Shown here: one piece after another, positions 9,645 through 19,641 of the stretch | How positions within the stretch are numbered: position 1 is the first letter of the stretch | Layout: each line of letters opens with the position of its first letter | Source of the DNA: Verrucomicrobiaceae bacterium | Lineage (GTDB): Bacteria > Verrucomicrobiota > Verrucomicrobiia > Verrucomicrobiales > Akkermansiaceae | Reading direction: 5' to 3' | DNA: 64,000 bases | NCBI GenBank assembly: GCA_051252135.1 | Contig: JBPOGH010000005.1 | Location: forward strand, 128,001 to 192,000 | Position numbers and translations under genes: made by a program | Notes under the pieces: generated by a model | Told to the model about the DNA's origin: nothing | Seen by the model: the letters and a program-made list of their open reading frames with translations, nothing else | The model's database searches: none

Positions 9645-10796
9645 TTGAACGACCTGACCTTCACCTCACCTGCGCCCGGATACTGGGCGGGGGAAGACAT
9701 CTCGCCCAACGACTGGAACTCCCACACTTGGCAGCTCAAAAATAGCGTCAAATCGCTGGAGCAAATCGAGAAGCACCTCACCCTCTCCGAAGAAGAACGC
9801 GCCGGAATCCTCCTCACCGGCACCAAGCTTGCCACCTCGGTCACCCCCCACTTCTTCAACCTCATCCACCCCACCGACCCCAACTGCCCCATCCGGCGTC
9901 AGGTCATCCCCCGCATCGAGGAAACCTACGTCGACCCTTCCGAAATGGCCGACCCCTGCGGCGAGGACTCCCACATGCCCGTCCCCGGCCTCGTCCACCG
10001 CTACCCGGATCGCGTCCTCTTCCTCGTCACCGACCGCTGCGCCTCATACTGCCGCTACTGCACCCGCTCCCGCGTCGTCTCCGGCGTCTCCGAACAAAAG
10101 CTCGAAACCCAGTGGGACCAGGCCATCGAATACCTCAAAAAGACCCCCCAGGTCCGCGACGTCCTCCTCTCCGGCGGCGACCCCCTCCTCTTCTCTGACA
10201 ACAAGCTCGAGAAACTCCTCCGCCGCCTCCGCGAAATCCCACACATCCAGTTTCTCCGCATCGGCTCCCGCATCCCCATCTTCCTCCCACAACGCATCAC
10301 CCCGGAGCTCTGCGACATGCTCAAGCAGTTCCACCCCCTCTTCATCTCCATCCACTCCAACCACCCGGACGAGCTCACCAGCGAAGTCCGCGATGCCCTC
10401 GGCCGCCTCGCCGATGCCGGCATCCAGATGGGCAACCAATCCGTCCTCCTCAAGGACATCAATGACAGCGTCGAAGTCCAGCGCGACCTCGTCCACAAGC
10501 TCCTCATGTGCCGTGTCCGCCCCTACTACCTCTACCAGGCGGACCTCATCGAAGGCACCAAGCACCTCCGCACCGGCATCAACAAGGGACTCGAAATCAT
10601 CGAGGGCCTCCGCGGCCACACCACCGGCTACGGCATCCCCCAATACGTCGTCGATGGCCCCGGCGGCGGCGGAAAAATCCCCCTCAACCCCGAGTACGTC
10701 CTCGAACGAAATGCCGAACGCGTCATCCTTCGAAACTACGAAGGCAAAAAATTCATCTACCCGGAGCCGACAGAGAATCCGGTGCCAACCAGCTGA
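9645..10796 (+). CDS. KamA family radical SAM protein (lysine 2,3-aminomutase-like)
   Basis: HRYPDRVL, CASYCRYCTR, LSGGDPL, NQSVLL, RPYYLYQ, GGGGKIP. Confidence 0.9.
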   Translation: MNDLTFTSPAPGYWAGEDISPNDWNSHTWQLKNSVKSLEQIEKHLTLSEEERAGILLTGTKLATSVTPHFFNLIHPTDPNCPIRRQVIPRIEETYVDPSEMADPCGEDSHMPVPGLVHRYPDRVLFLVTDRCASYCRYCTRSRVVSGVSEQKLETQWDQAIEYLKKTPQVRDVLLSGGDPLLFSDNKLEKLLRRLREIPHIQFLRIGSRIPIFLPQRITPELCDMLKQFHPLFISIHSNHPDELTSEVRDALGRLADAGIQMGNQSVLLKDINDSVEVQRDLVHKLLMCRVRPYYLYQADLIEGTKHLRTGINKGLEIIEGLRGHTTGYGIPQYVVDGPGGGGKIPLNPEYVLERNAERVILRNYEGKKFIYPEPTENPVPTS

Positions 10797-11181
10797 ACAC
10801 CTCGACATTCCTGATCACTCCAAAAATAATCAGCGAGATCAGGCAGAACCATAACCAGTTCACATGAAACCGTGGCCCCTTCAACCGGGGCCACTTCTCT
10901 TTGGCCGCCATCCACGTCAAGACCGGCAGCCCCACAAGAATCACCAGCGTGAACCACGCATGATTCCCCATCGCCTCCCCAATCCGCAGATTCACCAAGC
11001 CCGCGGCCGCCCGTGTCCCGCCGCAACCGGGACAAAAGTGACCCGTAAAATTATAAATCGGACAACCCGGCAACCCCTCCTCAATCGAAGGATAAACCAG
11101 CCGAAAGAGCACCAGAATAATCAGAATCAGAGGCACCCACAAAACAAAGCGGGGCCACTTCCCCGCCCGCTCACTCACCAC
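10753..11181 (-). CDS. DUF2752 family membrane protein
   Basis: CPIYNFTGHFCPGCGGTRA motif, TM helices, C-terminal FGVIRN. Confidence 0.82.
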   Translation of the reverse strand: MVSERAGKWPRFVLWVPLILIILVLFRLVYPSIEEGLPGCPIYNFTGHFCPGCGGTRAAAGLVNLRIGEAMGNHAWFTLVILVGLPVLTWMAAKEKWPRLKGPRFHVNWLWFCLISLIIFGVIRNVEVFSWLAPDSLSAPGR

Positions 11182-11779
11182 TCTCGCTCTCCATCTCCCG
11201 CTCGACTTTCTCCACCCGGTCTATCCGCTCCTGCTGCTGGCGTTCCGCTTCTTCCATCGCCTCCTTCATAAAGCCGTCCTTCGAATTGAAGGCGAACACG
11301 ATGAACCCAATCATCACCAACGAAAGCAAGCTCCCAAGGTAACCACAGATCAACCCCGCAATCGCCATTCCTCGTCCTCCCACCGGATTCTGGGGATCAG
11401 CAGTCCGCTTCATCGCCATGTGCCCGCAAATCACCGCCGGGATTCCAAAAAGGATCCCCACATACATGCAGCTCGATACAATCGCTAAAATCCCACAGAC
11501 CAAAGCCGCAATCGCCAATCCGCTCGTCGGGATCGAACTCATCGCCGGAGTCACCCCCCCCACCGGATTACTCGCCGGTGACGCATAAGGTGACGTGGAC
11601 CCACCGGCCGGCGCCGAAGCAACCTCCCCGGTCTGGCTCAGAGGGATCCATTGGGCCATCCCCTCCTTCCACACCAGATCACTTGGAGCGATCTCTCCGG
11701 TCGCAATTCTCGCCCGAAAAGTGGCCTCATCGATCGGACCATATTGCTGGCCTTCGCGACCGTAAAACCACTCACTCAT
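11171..11779 (-). CDS. GYF_2 + DUF4190 membrane protein
   Basis: WFYGREGQQYGP...LVWKEGMAQW; TSGLAIAALVCG...PAVICGH...GRGMAIAGLICGY. Confidence 0.85.
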   Translation of the reverse strand: MSEWFYGREGQQYGPIDEATFRARIATGEIAPSDLVWKEGMAQWIPLSQTGEVASAPAGGSTSPYASPASNPVGGVTPAMSSIPTSGLAIAALVCGILAIVSSCMYVGILFGIPAVICGHMAMKRTADPQNPVGGRGMAIAGLICGYLGSLLSLVMIGFIVFAFNSKDGFMKEAMEEAERQQQERIDRVEKVEREMESESGE

Positions 11780-11781
11780 CG

Positions 11782-12558
11782 TTACATTCCCATGATTTGA
11801 TATCCGCCATCAACATAGATGACCTGACCGGTGATCGACGCCGCACCTTCGCTGGCAAGGAAAACACCCGTGGAACCCAACTCCTCCGGAGTGCAGGAAC
11901 GTCCCAGTGGAGCATGCTCCTCGTAATGCTTGATCATCGAACCAAATCCCGAAATCCCGCGGGCCGCCAGCGTCTGGACCGGACCTGCACTGATGCAATT
12001 GACCCGAATCTTCTTCGCTCCCAAATCAGCCGCCAAATAACGGGTCGAAGCCTCAAGGCTCGCCTTGGCCACACCCATCACATTGTAGTGGGGCACCACC
12101 TTGGCCGCTCCATAATAGGTCATCGCCACAATGCTTCCACCATTCGTCATCATCGGCGCCGCCCGCTGGGCAAGAGCCACCAATGAATAAGCGCTGATGT
12201 CATGCGCAATCGCATACGCATCCCGTGTCGTGCTCACAAAGTCGCCTTCCAAAGCCTCCTTCGGCGCAAACGCCACCGAGTGCAGCACCAGATCAATCGT
12301 ATCCGTGTGCTTCTTGACGTTCTCAAAAAAGGCATCGATCTCCGCATCGCTGGTCACATCACAAGGATACAGGGCCACATCATCGCCAAAGGTCCCGGCG
12401 AGCTGCTCCACGTTGTCCTTCAGGCGATCCCCCTGATAATTGAAAATCAATTTCGCTCCCGCATCGGCCCACGCCTTCGCGATCGCCCATGCAATGCTTC
12501 GCTTGTTGGCGACTCCAAAAATCACCGCTGTCTTTCCGCTCAATGGCTGGTCACTCAT
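11782..12558 (-). CDS. fabI: Enoyl-ACP reductase FabI
   Basis: GVANKRSIAWAIA, HSVAFAP, YNVMGVAKASLE, ISAGPVQTLA, ITGQVIYVDGG. Confidence 0.95.
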   Translation of the reverse strand: MSDQPLSGKTAVIFGVANKRSIAWAIAKAWADAGAKLIFNYQGDRLKDNVEQLAGTFGDDVALYPCDVTSDAEIDAFFENVKKHTDTIDLVLHSVAFAPKEALEGDFVSTTRDAYAIAHDISAYSLVALAQRAAPMMTNGGSIVAMTYYGAAKVVPHYNVMGVAKASLEASTRYLAADLGAKKIRVNCISAGPVQTLAARGISGFGSMIKHYEEHAPLGRSCTPEELGSTGVFLASEGAASITGQVIYVDGGYQIMGM

Positions 12559-12606
12559 TGACAAGAGCATCCCCCAGCAACCTTCCTTTGACAATCCGAA
12601 AGACAC

Positions 12607-13425
12607 CTACCATTCCGCAGGATCAAGCCCGTAGTAATCCTTCATCTCTCGGTAAAGATCGGGATACCGCTTCCGCAGCTTCTTCCCCTTCTCAAAAAAG
12701 GTCTCCGACCCCACCGCAAAAAACTCCGCCGGATTCGTTGCCCCATAGTGATCCAGAACCGTCCTCTTCCCTTCCTCAATCCTCTCGATGAACTCTTCAT
12801 AAGCCTCCCCGAACGCCTCCGCCCAATCACGATAGTCCGATTTCTCCGGCAAAATCGGCACCCCGACACTCCCCTCATTTTCCTGATCCAACTGATGGGA
12901 AAATTCATGAATCACCACATTGCGCCCATCCCCCGGATCCTCCCCTCCCTTCACCACACTCTTCCACGACAACACAATGCTCCCCGAGTTCCAGCTCTCC
13001 CCAAGCCGCGCCTCATGATCCCCCTCCTCATTCTCCACCGTGTAAGTATCCGGATAAATCAGAACACTCTTCAACAGCGGAAAATATCGATGCTCGCGCC
13101 CCACCAAAAGAAGCGCCGCCTGCGCCATAATCACCAACTTCATCTCCCGCGTCACCTCCTCCAGTCCCCCACAGGCCTCAAAATTCGTCTCCGCAATCAA
13201 CACCTCCACAATCCCCTCCAACTTCTCCCGCATCCCCGGAGGCACCGCTTTCACAATCCGCGCCTTCTCCCCCAAAACCTCCCAATCCCCCGCACTCAGC
13301 CGCAATTTACTCAGCGTCTCCCGATTCTCCATCCGCTCCCTCTTCCCCAAAATCTTCCAGAGCCAGATTCCAAAAAATCCCCCCAAAGCAATCCCCACCA
13401 CCCACCAAAGACTATTCTCCATCAT
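12607..13425 (-). CDS. M90 family zinc metallopeptidase (MtfA-like) with N-terminal TM anchor
   Basis: RLGESW, NVVIHEFSHQLD, YGATNPAEFFAV..ETFFE. Confidence 0.85.
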   Translation of the reverse strand: MMENSLWWVVGIALGGFFGIWLWKILGKRERMENRETLSKLRLSAGDWEVLGEKARIVKAVPPGMREKLEGIVEVLIAETNFEACGGLEEVTREMKLVIMAQAALLLVGREHRYFPLLKSVLIYPDTYTVENEEGDHEARLGESWNSGSIVLSWKSVVKGGEDPGDGRNVVIHEFSHQLDQENEGSVGVPILPEKSDYRDWAEAFGEAYEEFIERIEEGKRTVLDHYGATNPAEFFAVGSETFFEKGKKLRKRYPDLYREMKDYYGLDPAEW

Positions 13426-14185
13426 GCTTATTCCATTTCAGAAGCTCCTCGTAGGTCACCCCGGTTCCACCGAACAAATCAAGCGCACTCCCCACCGTGG
13501 CATCCAACCGACCCCCACTCGCCTCATTGATCAACTTCAAATCCTCCAGCCCCCTCACCCCTCCCGCATAAGTCACCGGACACCCCTCCCAGCGCCCGAG
13601 CAGAGCCACTAGCTCCTCATCCACACCCGCACACTGCCCCTCCACGTCCGCCGCGTGGATCAAAAATTCCCCGCAATAATCCGCCAAATCGGAGAGGGTA
13701 TCCAAATCCACCTCCATCTCCGTGATCGTCTGCCAGCGGTTCATCGCCACCTTCCACCCATCCCCAACCCTCCGGCAGCTCAAATCCACAATCACCCGCT
13801 CCGCTCCCACCTCATCCGCCAGCGCAACCAACCGATCCTTTAAAAATCGTCCCTCCGCATCAAACAACCACGACGTCACAATCACCTGACCCGCTCCCGC
13901 ATCAAGCCACTCCCGCGCATTCTCCAGCGAAATCCCGCCCCCAATCTGAAGCCCGCCCGGCCACGTCGCCAACGCCTCCCGCGCCGCCTCCACATTCCCC
14001 GGCCCCAGTTGAATCACGTGCCCGCCCCGCAAATCATCCCCGCGAAACTTCTCCGCATACCACGATGGCGACTTCTCCGAAACAAAGTTCTCCACCGCCC
14101 CCTCATCATTGAGCGTCCCGCCCACAATTTGTTTCACTTTTCCCTCGTGGAGATCGATACATGGACGAAACTTCGTTGCCGGCAC
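13412..14185 (-). CDS. hisA: ProFAR isomerase, His6 (eukaryote-like) subtype
   Basis: KFRPCIDLHEGKVKQIVGGTL, GGHVIQLG, DLSCRR, LIHAADVEG, TVGSALDLFGG. GTG start at 14185. Confidence 0.88.
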   Translation of the reverse strand: MPATKFRPCIDLHEGKVKQIVGGTLNDEGAVENFVSEKSPSWYAEKFRGDDLRGGHVIQLGPGNVEAAREALATWPGGLQIGGGISLENAREWLDAGAGQVIVTSWLFDAEGRFLKDRLVALADEVGAERVIVDLSCRRVGDGWKVAMNRWQTITEMEVDLDTLSDLADYCGEFLIHAADVEGQCAGVDEELVALLGRWEGCPVTYAGGVRGLEDLKLINEASGGRLDATVGSALDLFGGTGVTYEELLKWNKHDGE

Positions 14186-14230
14186 GCTCGTAGTTAAACA
14201 AACAAAGACTCCATAAACCAAGACCTTCTC

Positions 14231-15274
14231 ATGCGACTTTTCCTCCCCCTTCTCACCATCCTCCCTCTCATGGCCGCCCCCGGGGACATGGTTCTCATCC
14301 CCGCCGGCACCTACACCCGTGGCACCCCCGTCGGCGAACTCGAGAGATTCCCCGAGGAAACCCCCCAGCATGAAGTCACCGTCGAGGAGTTCTATCTCGA
14401 CACCCATGAAGTCACCAACGCCCAATTCGCAAGGTTCGTCGAGGCCACCGGATACAAGACCCAGGCCGAACGCGGCTGGAGCCCAAAAGACTTCCCCCAG
14501 GCCCCTCCCGATAGCCTCAAACCCGGAGCCCTCATCTTCTCATCCCCTCCCAAGGAAGTCGAACTCTACCAACAGGGCGCCGAATGGCAGTGGTGGAAGT
14601 TTGTCGAAGGCGCCGACTGGAAACACCCCCTCGGACCCGATTCCAACATCAAGGACAAAGACAACCACCCCGTCGTCTGCGTCACATGGGAAGACGCCCA
14701 AGCCTACGCCAAATGGGCCGGAAAACGCCTCCCCACCGAAGCCGAATGGGAGCGCGCCGCCCGCGGTGGACTCGACAAGAAGACCTACGCCTGGGGCGAC
14801 GAATTCAAGCCAAACGAAGACAAATGGCCTGCCAACATCTTCACCGGGCACTTTCCCGATAACGACTCCGGGGTCGATGGCTACAAAGGCACCGCCCCCG
14901 TCAAAAGCTACGATCCCAACGCCTACGGACTCTACGACGTCGCCGGAAACGTCTGGGAACATTGCCAAGACCTCTACCGCCCGGACGCCTACGACATCTA
15001 CCTCAAAACCAAAAAGGCCCCCACCAAGGGCGTCAGCCAACCCATGATTGGCTACTTCCTCAACTACGGAAAATGGCCCGAGGACCAACCCCACCCACTC
15101 TCGGTCCTCCATGTCACCAAAGGTGGCTCCTACCTCTGCCACTACACCTACTGCCTCCGCTACCGCCCCGCAGCCCGCCACTACTCCGAGTCCCTCGCCC
15201 CCACCAATCACACCGGATTCCGCTGCGCCAAATCCAAAGAGGAACCTACCGAACCCTCTTCGGATAAAAAATAA
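14231..15274 (+). CDS. Formylglycine-generating enzyme (SUMF1/FGE-sulfatase) family protein, secreted
   Basis: Signal peptide; HEVTNAQF, HPVVCVTW, KRLPTEAEWE, GLYDVAGNVWE, KGGSYLCHYTYC, HTGFRC. Confidence 0.9.
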   Translation: MRLFLPLLTILPLMAAPGDMVLIPAGTYTRGTPVGELERFPEETPQHEVTVEEFYLDTHEVTNAQFARFVEATGYKTQAERGWSPKDFPQAPPDSLKPGALIFSSPPKEVELYQQGAEWQWWKFVEGADWKHPLGPDSNIKDKDNHPVVCVTWEDAQAYAKWAGKRLPTEAEWERAARGGLDKKTYAWGDEFKPNEDKWPANIFTGHFPDNDSGVDGYKGTAPVKSYDPNAYGLYDVAGNVWEHCQDLYRPDAYDIYLKTKKAPTKGVSQPMIGYFLNYGKWPEDQPHPLSVLHVTKGGSYLCHYTYCLRYRPAARHYSESLAPTNHTGFRCAKSKEEPTEPSSDKK

Positions 15275-15379
15275 AAGGCCGACTCCCGCAGGCAACGCTC
15301 ACTCTCGGGTATTCCTGAACAATGCGAAAGTTGTACCCCCTCCAACCTTTCCGGCGGCTCACACTCCCATCTCCACCGG

Positions 15380-15727
15380 CTAATTCAGCCTCCGCTCCGT
15401 AAGCACCACCAAATCTCCCGCGCTGGGCTTCATCCCGAAAGGCGCGGAACCGGGCACAATCTCAATAATGGCCCGATCCGCATCAAAATCTCCCACCAGA
15501 ACCTCGCCCAGCGACTCTCCATCCCGCGTCATCAGAAACTTCGAGTTCCTCTCAAACGTGGATTGTTGATCCAGCTCAACAACCAAAAAACCCCAGGACG
15601 TGTTCACCGAAGAAATTGTCCCCCCGATTTCCACTCCCAAATCGGGCTCCTCCGGACTTACTTCGGATACCTGTGCCTCCTTGCAGGACCACCCGATCAA
15701 AACCACAAGAGGAAGGAAAAATTTCAT
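15380..15727 (-). CDS. Putative lipoprotein consisting mainly of the WGF...RDG...GDxV C-terminal domain
   Basis: Hydrophobic leader ending GWSC; the domain aligns by eye with the C-termini of 15861..16661 and 16705..17481. Confidence 0.65.
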   Translation of the reverse strand: MKFFLPLVVLIGWSCKEAQVSEVSPEEPDLGVEIGGTISSVNTSWGFLVVELDQQSTFERNSKFLMTRDGESLGEVLVGDFDADRAIIEIVPGSAPFGMKPSAGDLVVLTERRLN

Positions 15728-15808
15728 CCCCTCTGGATATCAGGCCGGAACCTTCGGTGAAAGCTGAATCTCCCCCGACTTCCCTGAACAATCAACCCAT
15801 CCGGCCAC

Positions 15809-15839
15809 AAAAAAAGGCGGCTCATACGAGCCGCCTTTT
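15809..15839 (-). terminator. Intrinsic terminator after the coiled-coil gene pair
   Basis: AAAAAAAGGCGGCTC-ATAC-GAGCCGCCTTTT. Confidence 0.85.
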
Positions 15840-15860
15840 GAAAATTAAAACCCAACAAAT

Positions 15861-16661
15861 CTAGTTGGCAGCGGTGTTCGCAAGAATCACCGAATCGCCG
15901 GGCTGCGGACGAACTCCGGGAGCAATGGACTCGGGAACCACCTCGGCAATTGCCTGGTTGGCCTCGAGAGAGGAAATAAGCACCTTACCAAGGCTGCGAC
16001 CGTCACGGGTGAGGATCAGCTTGGAATCACCGGAAAGACCGGACTTCTCGCCCGCATTGATCACCAGGAAACCCCACTCGTTGTTCACGGAAGCCACAGA
16101 TGCCTGGAAAGTGTTTCCGCTCACGCGGGCCTTACTCTCCTGAATCTTGTTGCTTACCCGAACAATCTCAGCCTGGGATTCGGTCACATTACGCTCAAGC
16201 TTCTCACGGATCAGGTCAAGTTCCTCAACCTTCTTGGTTTTGACATTCTTTTCTTCCCTGAGAGCATCCACGATTCCTGGAATCTCGTCCAACTCAACAT
16301 CCCCATCGAGCTGCTTCTTGATCTCAGCCACGAACTTGTCGACCTTGGCCACGCGGGCTTTCTCACTCGCAAGCCGGGACTCTTCCTGATCGAGAGTGCG
16401 CTTAAGGTCACCCTCTTTTGCTTTGGCGTTGTCAACCGATGCCACGGCCTCATCTTTACCGGACTGGGCGGCAGCGGTCGCTTCTTCCGCAGCTTTCTTG
16501 TTGTCGGTCTCGGTATTGATCGTTTTCGTCAGCTGCGTATTCTGCGCCTTCAGGGCATTACGGGCTTCAATTTTTTCTTCAGTCTTGGATTTGACCTGCC
16601 AGCCGAAAACACCGGCTGCGGCAATGGCAACCACTGCGATGATGTAGAGAATGTTTTTCAT
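15861..16661 (-). CDS. Membrane-anchored coiled-coil protein with conserved C-terminal beta domain
   Basis: N-terminal TM, long K/E/A-rich helical region, then SVNNEWGFLVINAG...RDG...PGDSV. Confidence 0.75.
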   Translation of the reverse strand: MKNILYIIAVVAIAAAGVFGWQVKSKTEEKIEARNALKAQNTQLTKTINTETDNKKAAEEATAAAQSGKDEAVASVDNAKAKEGDLKRTLDQEESRLASEKARVAKVDKFVAEIKKQLDGDVELDEIPGIVDALREEKNVKTKKVEELDLIREKLERNVTESQAEIVRVSNKIQESKARVSGNTFQASVASVNNEWGFLVINAGEKSGLSGDSKLILTRDGRSLGKVLISSLEANQAIAEVVPESIAPGVRPQPGDSVILANTAAN

Positions 16662-16704
16662 GATGTGAAAAGTTGGTGATTAGGTTCGATGTGGTTTGAA
16701 TCGC

Positions 16705-17481
16705 TTACTTGGCTTCTGCTTCTAATGGCACGACCTTGTCTCCGGGAGAAACAGTCTCACCTTCCTTAACGCTGCTCGGAATAATGTTCGCCGCTGCCGT
16801 ATTCGCCTCGACTCCGGTCACGATCAGCTGGGCAATCTCCTCACCGTTGCGCACAACGGAGAGTTTCGATTTTTTCACCACGCCGATGTTGTCTCCACCG
16901 GCGAGAGTTACAAATCCCCACTGACGGAACACGGTCCGCACACTGGTGCTCGAAAAGTAAGAAGTTCCCTTCGTGCGCTGCGCCAGCTTTTCTGCCAGAT
17001 CCTGCGCTTGGGCCGCCGTTGCGGACTTGGTCCCTTCGAGACGATCCACCACCGCCGAGTTTGCGGAAATTTCATCATCCAGATCGGCAACCGCATTGCG
17101 AAGACTCTTCATCTCCGGAATCAGCTCATCGACAGGCCCCAGAGCCTTAAGTTTGTCGTCAGCTTCGTCGGCCGTGCTCTTCGCGCTGTCAGCCTCGCTT
17201 TTCTTCGACGCAATCTCGCTTTCAAGCGCCGAATTCGTTTCGATCTGCTTTTCAAGCAAGCTTTCGTTTTCGGTGCGGGTCGCATCGTATGCCGCTTTCT
17301 CCTCCTCGAGGGAGTCGATATCGGCAAGCAAACCCTGATGAGTCCCGGTTTGCTTTTCTAAATTACGTTCCTCTGTCCCGATCTGAGCGATCACGTTTTC
17401 GAGGTTGCCCTTATTTTTGTGGGCTACAAATGCCCCAAACAAGAGGGCGACGGCTGCAAGAATTCCAAAGGTATTTGCCAT
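16705..17481 (-). CDS. Membrane-anchored coiled-coil protein with conserved C-terminal beta domain (paralog)
   Basis: Start MANTFGIL; TM, coiled coil, QWGFVTLAGG...RNG...PGDKV. Confidence 0.75.
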   Translation of the reverse strand: MANTFGILAAVALLFGAFVAHKNKGNLENVIAQIGTEERNLEKQTGTHQGLLADIDSLEEEKAAYDATRTENESLLEKQIETNSALESEIASKKSEADSAKSTADEADDKLKALGPVDELIPEMKSLRNAVADLDDEISANSAVVDRLEGTKSATAAQAQDLAEKLAQRTKGTSYFSSTSVRTVFRQWGFVTLAGGDNIGVVKKSKLSVVRNGEEIAQLIVTGVEANTAAANIIPSSVKEGETVSPGDKVVPLEAEAK

Positions 17482-17640
17482 AGTGATAGAGTCGTTCCGG
17501 TGTGGTTTCAAGTAAGCTACTGATTCGAATCGAGGTCCGGCAATCCTAAAGTTCACTGAAAAAGTGCTTGCAGCTCTTTTTCCGGCCCGATTCGGCCACT
17601 CATCGCTTGCATCCTGTTAGACTGCGGGCAGGTTGGAGCC

Positions 17641-19359
17641 GTGAAGAGCGTCCTTCGGGTTCTTGCCTATCTCCGCCGATATCCCAAGCTGGGATCGGCC
17701 CAGTTGCTTTGTGCCACGGTAATGGCCCTCTCGGTCGTCATCTTCCCTTGGGTCACCGGATACGTCGTCGATGAGATTATTCCCAACCCCGATCGGCATA
17801 AAGAGTTCTTCTTCTGGGTTCTTGTCGCCTTGGGCGGTTTTTTTGCCAAGGACGGCCTCAATTGCGCCCGCATCATCCTCAATAACCATTTTGAGCAAAA
17901 AGTGATCTTCGATATCCGCTCGGATCTCTACCAAAAGATCCAACGCCTCCCCCTCCGCTGGTTCGACACCCGCCGCACCGGTGACATCATGACCCGCGTT
18001 GTCGAGGACGTCACCGCCATGGAGCGCGTCCTCATCGATGGCATCGAACTCGGACTCGTCTCACTCTTCCAGATCGGCATCGTCGCCACCCTCATGTACC
18101 TCACCAATTGGGAGGTCGCGCTCTGGGCCACCATCCCCGTCCCGTTCCTGGGATTCGGCGCCTATCTCTACACCAAGGACGCCCGCTCCCGCTACCGCGA
18201 ACAACGCGAAGCCTCTTCGGACCTGAATGCCCTCCTCCACGATAACATCGCCGGCATTCGCCAAATCAAGGCCTACGCCGCCGAAGCAGAAGAACATCGC
18301 CACTTCAACTCACTCTCCATGCGCCTCCAAAAGGCCACCCTCAAGCTGATGCGCTACTGGGCCTTTTACTCTCCGGGCATGTCCTTCCTCGGCATGATTG
18401 GCTACGTCCTCGTTCTGGGATCGGGTGGCCTGGCGGTCATCAACGGAGAAATGGAACTCGGCCAACTCCTCAAGTTCTTCCTCATGCTGTCCCTCTTCTA
18501 CGAGCCCGTCAGCAAACTCCATCAACTCAACCAAATGGCCCTCTCCTCCAGAGCGGCCGCCGATCGCGTCTTCGAAATCCTCGACGCCGAAGACGAACCG
18601 GACGCCGCCAGCGGCAACCCACTCCCCCGACCCGTCAAAGGCGACGTCTCCTTTAAAAACGTCCACTTCGCCTACGATGAAGACCAGCCCACCCTCCACG
18701 GCGTCAATCTCGAAGCCCGCGCAGGCGAAACAATCGCCCTCGCCGGATCCACCGGCGCCGGCAAATCCACCATCGTCAACCTCCTCTGCCGTTTCTACGA
18801 GTATGATTCGGGCAGCGTCACCATCGATGGACACGAGCTCAACACGCTTTCAAAAAGCTCACTCCGCGACGCCTTCGGCTACGTCACCCAGGAAGCCTTT
18901 CTCTTCAACGGCACCGTTCGCGAAAACCTCTCCCTCGCCATGCGCGACGCCTCCGATGAGCAAATCTGGCAGGCCCTCGATGCCGCCAAGGCCGATTTCG
19001 TCCGTGATCTTCCCCAACAGCTCGACACCAATGTCGGCGAACGCGGCGTCAAACTCTCCGGCGGAGAAAAACAACGCCTCTCCATCGCCCGCGCCCTCCT
19101 CAAGGACCCGCCCATCCTCCTCCTCGATGAAGCCACCGCCTCCGTCGACAACCAGACCGAACTCCTCATTCAGCAAGCCCTCGACGCCCTGATGAAGAAT
19201 CGCACCAGCATCGTCATCGCCCACCGCCTCTCCACCATTCAAAATGCCGACCGCATCTACGTCCTCGAACAAGGGGAGGTCATCGAATCCGGCACTTACG
19301 ACGAGCTCCTCGCCAAGGACGGAAAATTCGCCCAATTGGCCAGCACCATCGAAGAATAA
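17641..19359 (+). CDS. ABC transporter, fused permease/ATPase (MsbA/MdlA-like exporter)
   Basis: TM domain followed by GSTGAGKST, LSGGEKQR, LLDEATAS, IAHRLST. Confidence 0.92.
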   Translation: MKSVLRVLAYLRRYPKLGSAQLLCATVMALSVVIFPWVTGYVVDEIIPNPDRHKEFFFWVLVALGGFFAKDGLNCARIILNNHFEQKVIFDIRSDLYQKIQRLPLRWFDTRRTGDIMTRVVEDVTAMERVLIDGIELGLVSLFQIGIVATLMYLTNWEVALWATIPVPFLGFGAYLYTKDARSRYREQREASSDLNALLHDNIAGIRQIKAYAAEAEEHRHFNSLSMRLQKATLKLMRYWAFYSPGMSFLGMIGYVLVLGSGGLAVINGEMELGQLLKFFLMLSLFYEPVSKLHQLNQMALSSRAAADRVFEILDAEDEPDAASGNPLPRPVKGDVSFKNVHFAYDEDQPTLHGVNLEARAGETIALAGSTGAGKSTIVNLLCRFYEYDSGSVTIDGHELNTLSKSSLRDAFGYVTQEAFLFNGTVRENLSLAMRDASDEQIWQALDAAKADFVRDLPQQLDTNVGERGVKLSGGEKQRLSIARALLKDPPILLLDEATASVDNQTELLIQQALDALMKNRTSIVIAHRLSTIQNADRIYVLEQGEVIESGTYDELLAKDGKFAQLASTIEE

Positions 19360-19532
19360 TCCAGCGTGACAAATCGTCACAGCCCCAAGAACGCCGTCCT
19401 TCCTAGGTTTGGCGATTTTTGCGAAAAAAATCGGAAAATTCCCGCTTCCACCACCGTTCTTCGATGAGCGACGGGCCCAAGAACCCGTCCTCCAAAATTT
19501 CCCCGGTAGCCGGGACTTTTTGGCTTTGTGCG

Positions 19533-19568
19533 AAGCGGTCCCGGATTGGTCTCCGGGACCGCTTTTTT
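19533..19568 (+). terminator. Strong intrinsic terminator between the ABC transporter and serS
   Basis: AAGCGGTCCCGGA-TTGGTC-TCCGGGACCGCTT followed by TTTT. Confidence 0.8.
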
Positions 19569-19641
19569 CGTGGATGAGCCTTTGCCATCCGGCCCGGAAT
19601 TGGGTAATCGCTGCTCAGGACATAACCGTCCGCATTCTTTC

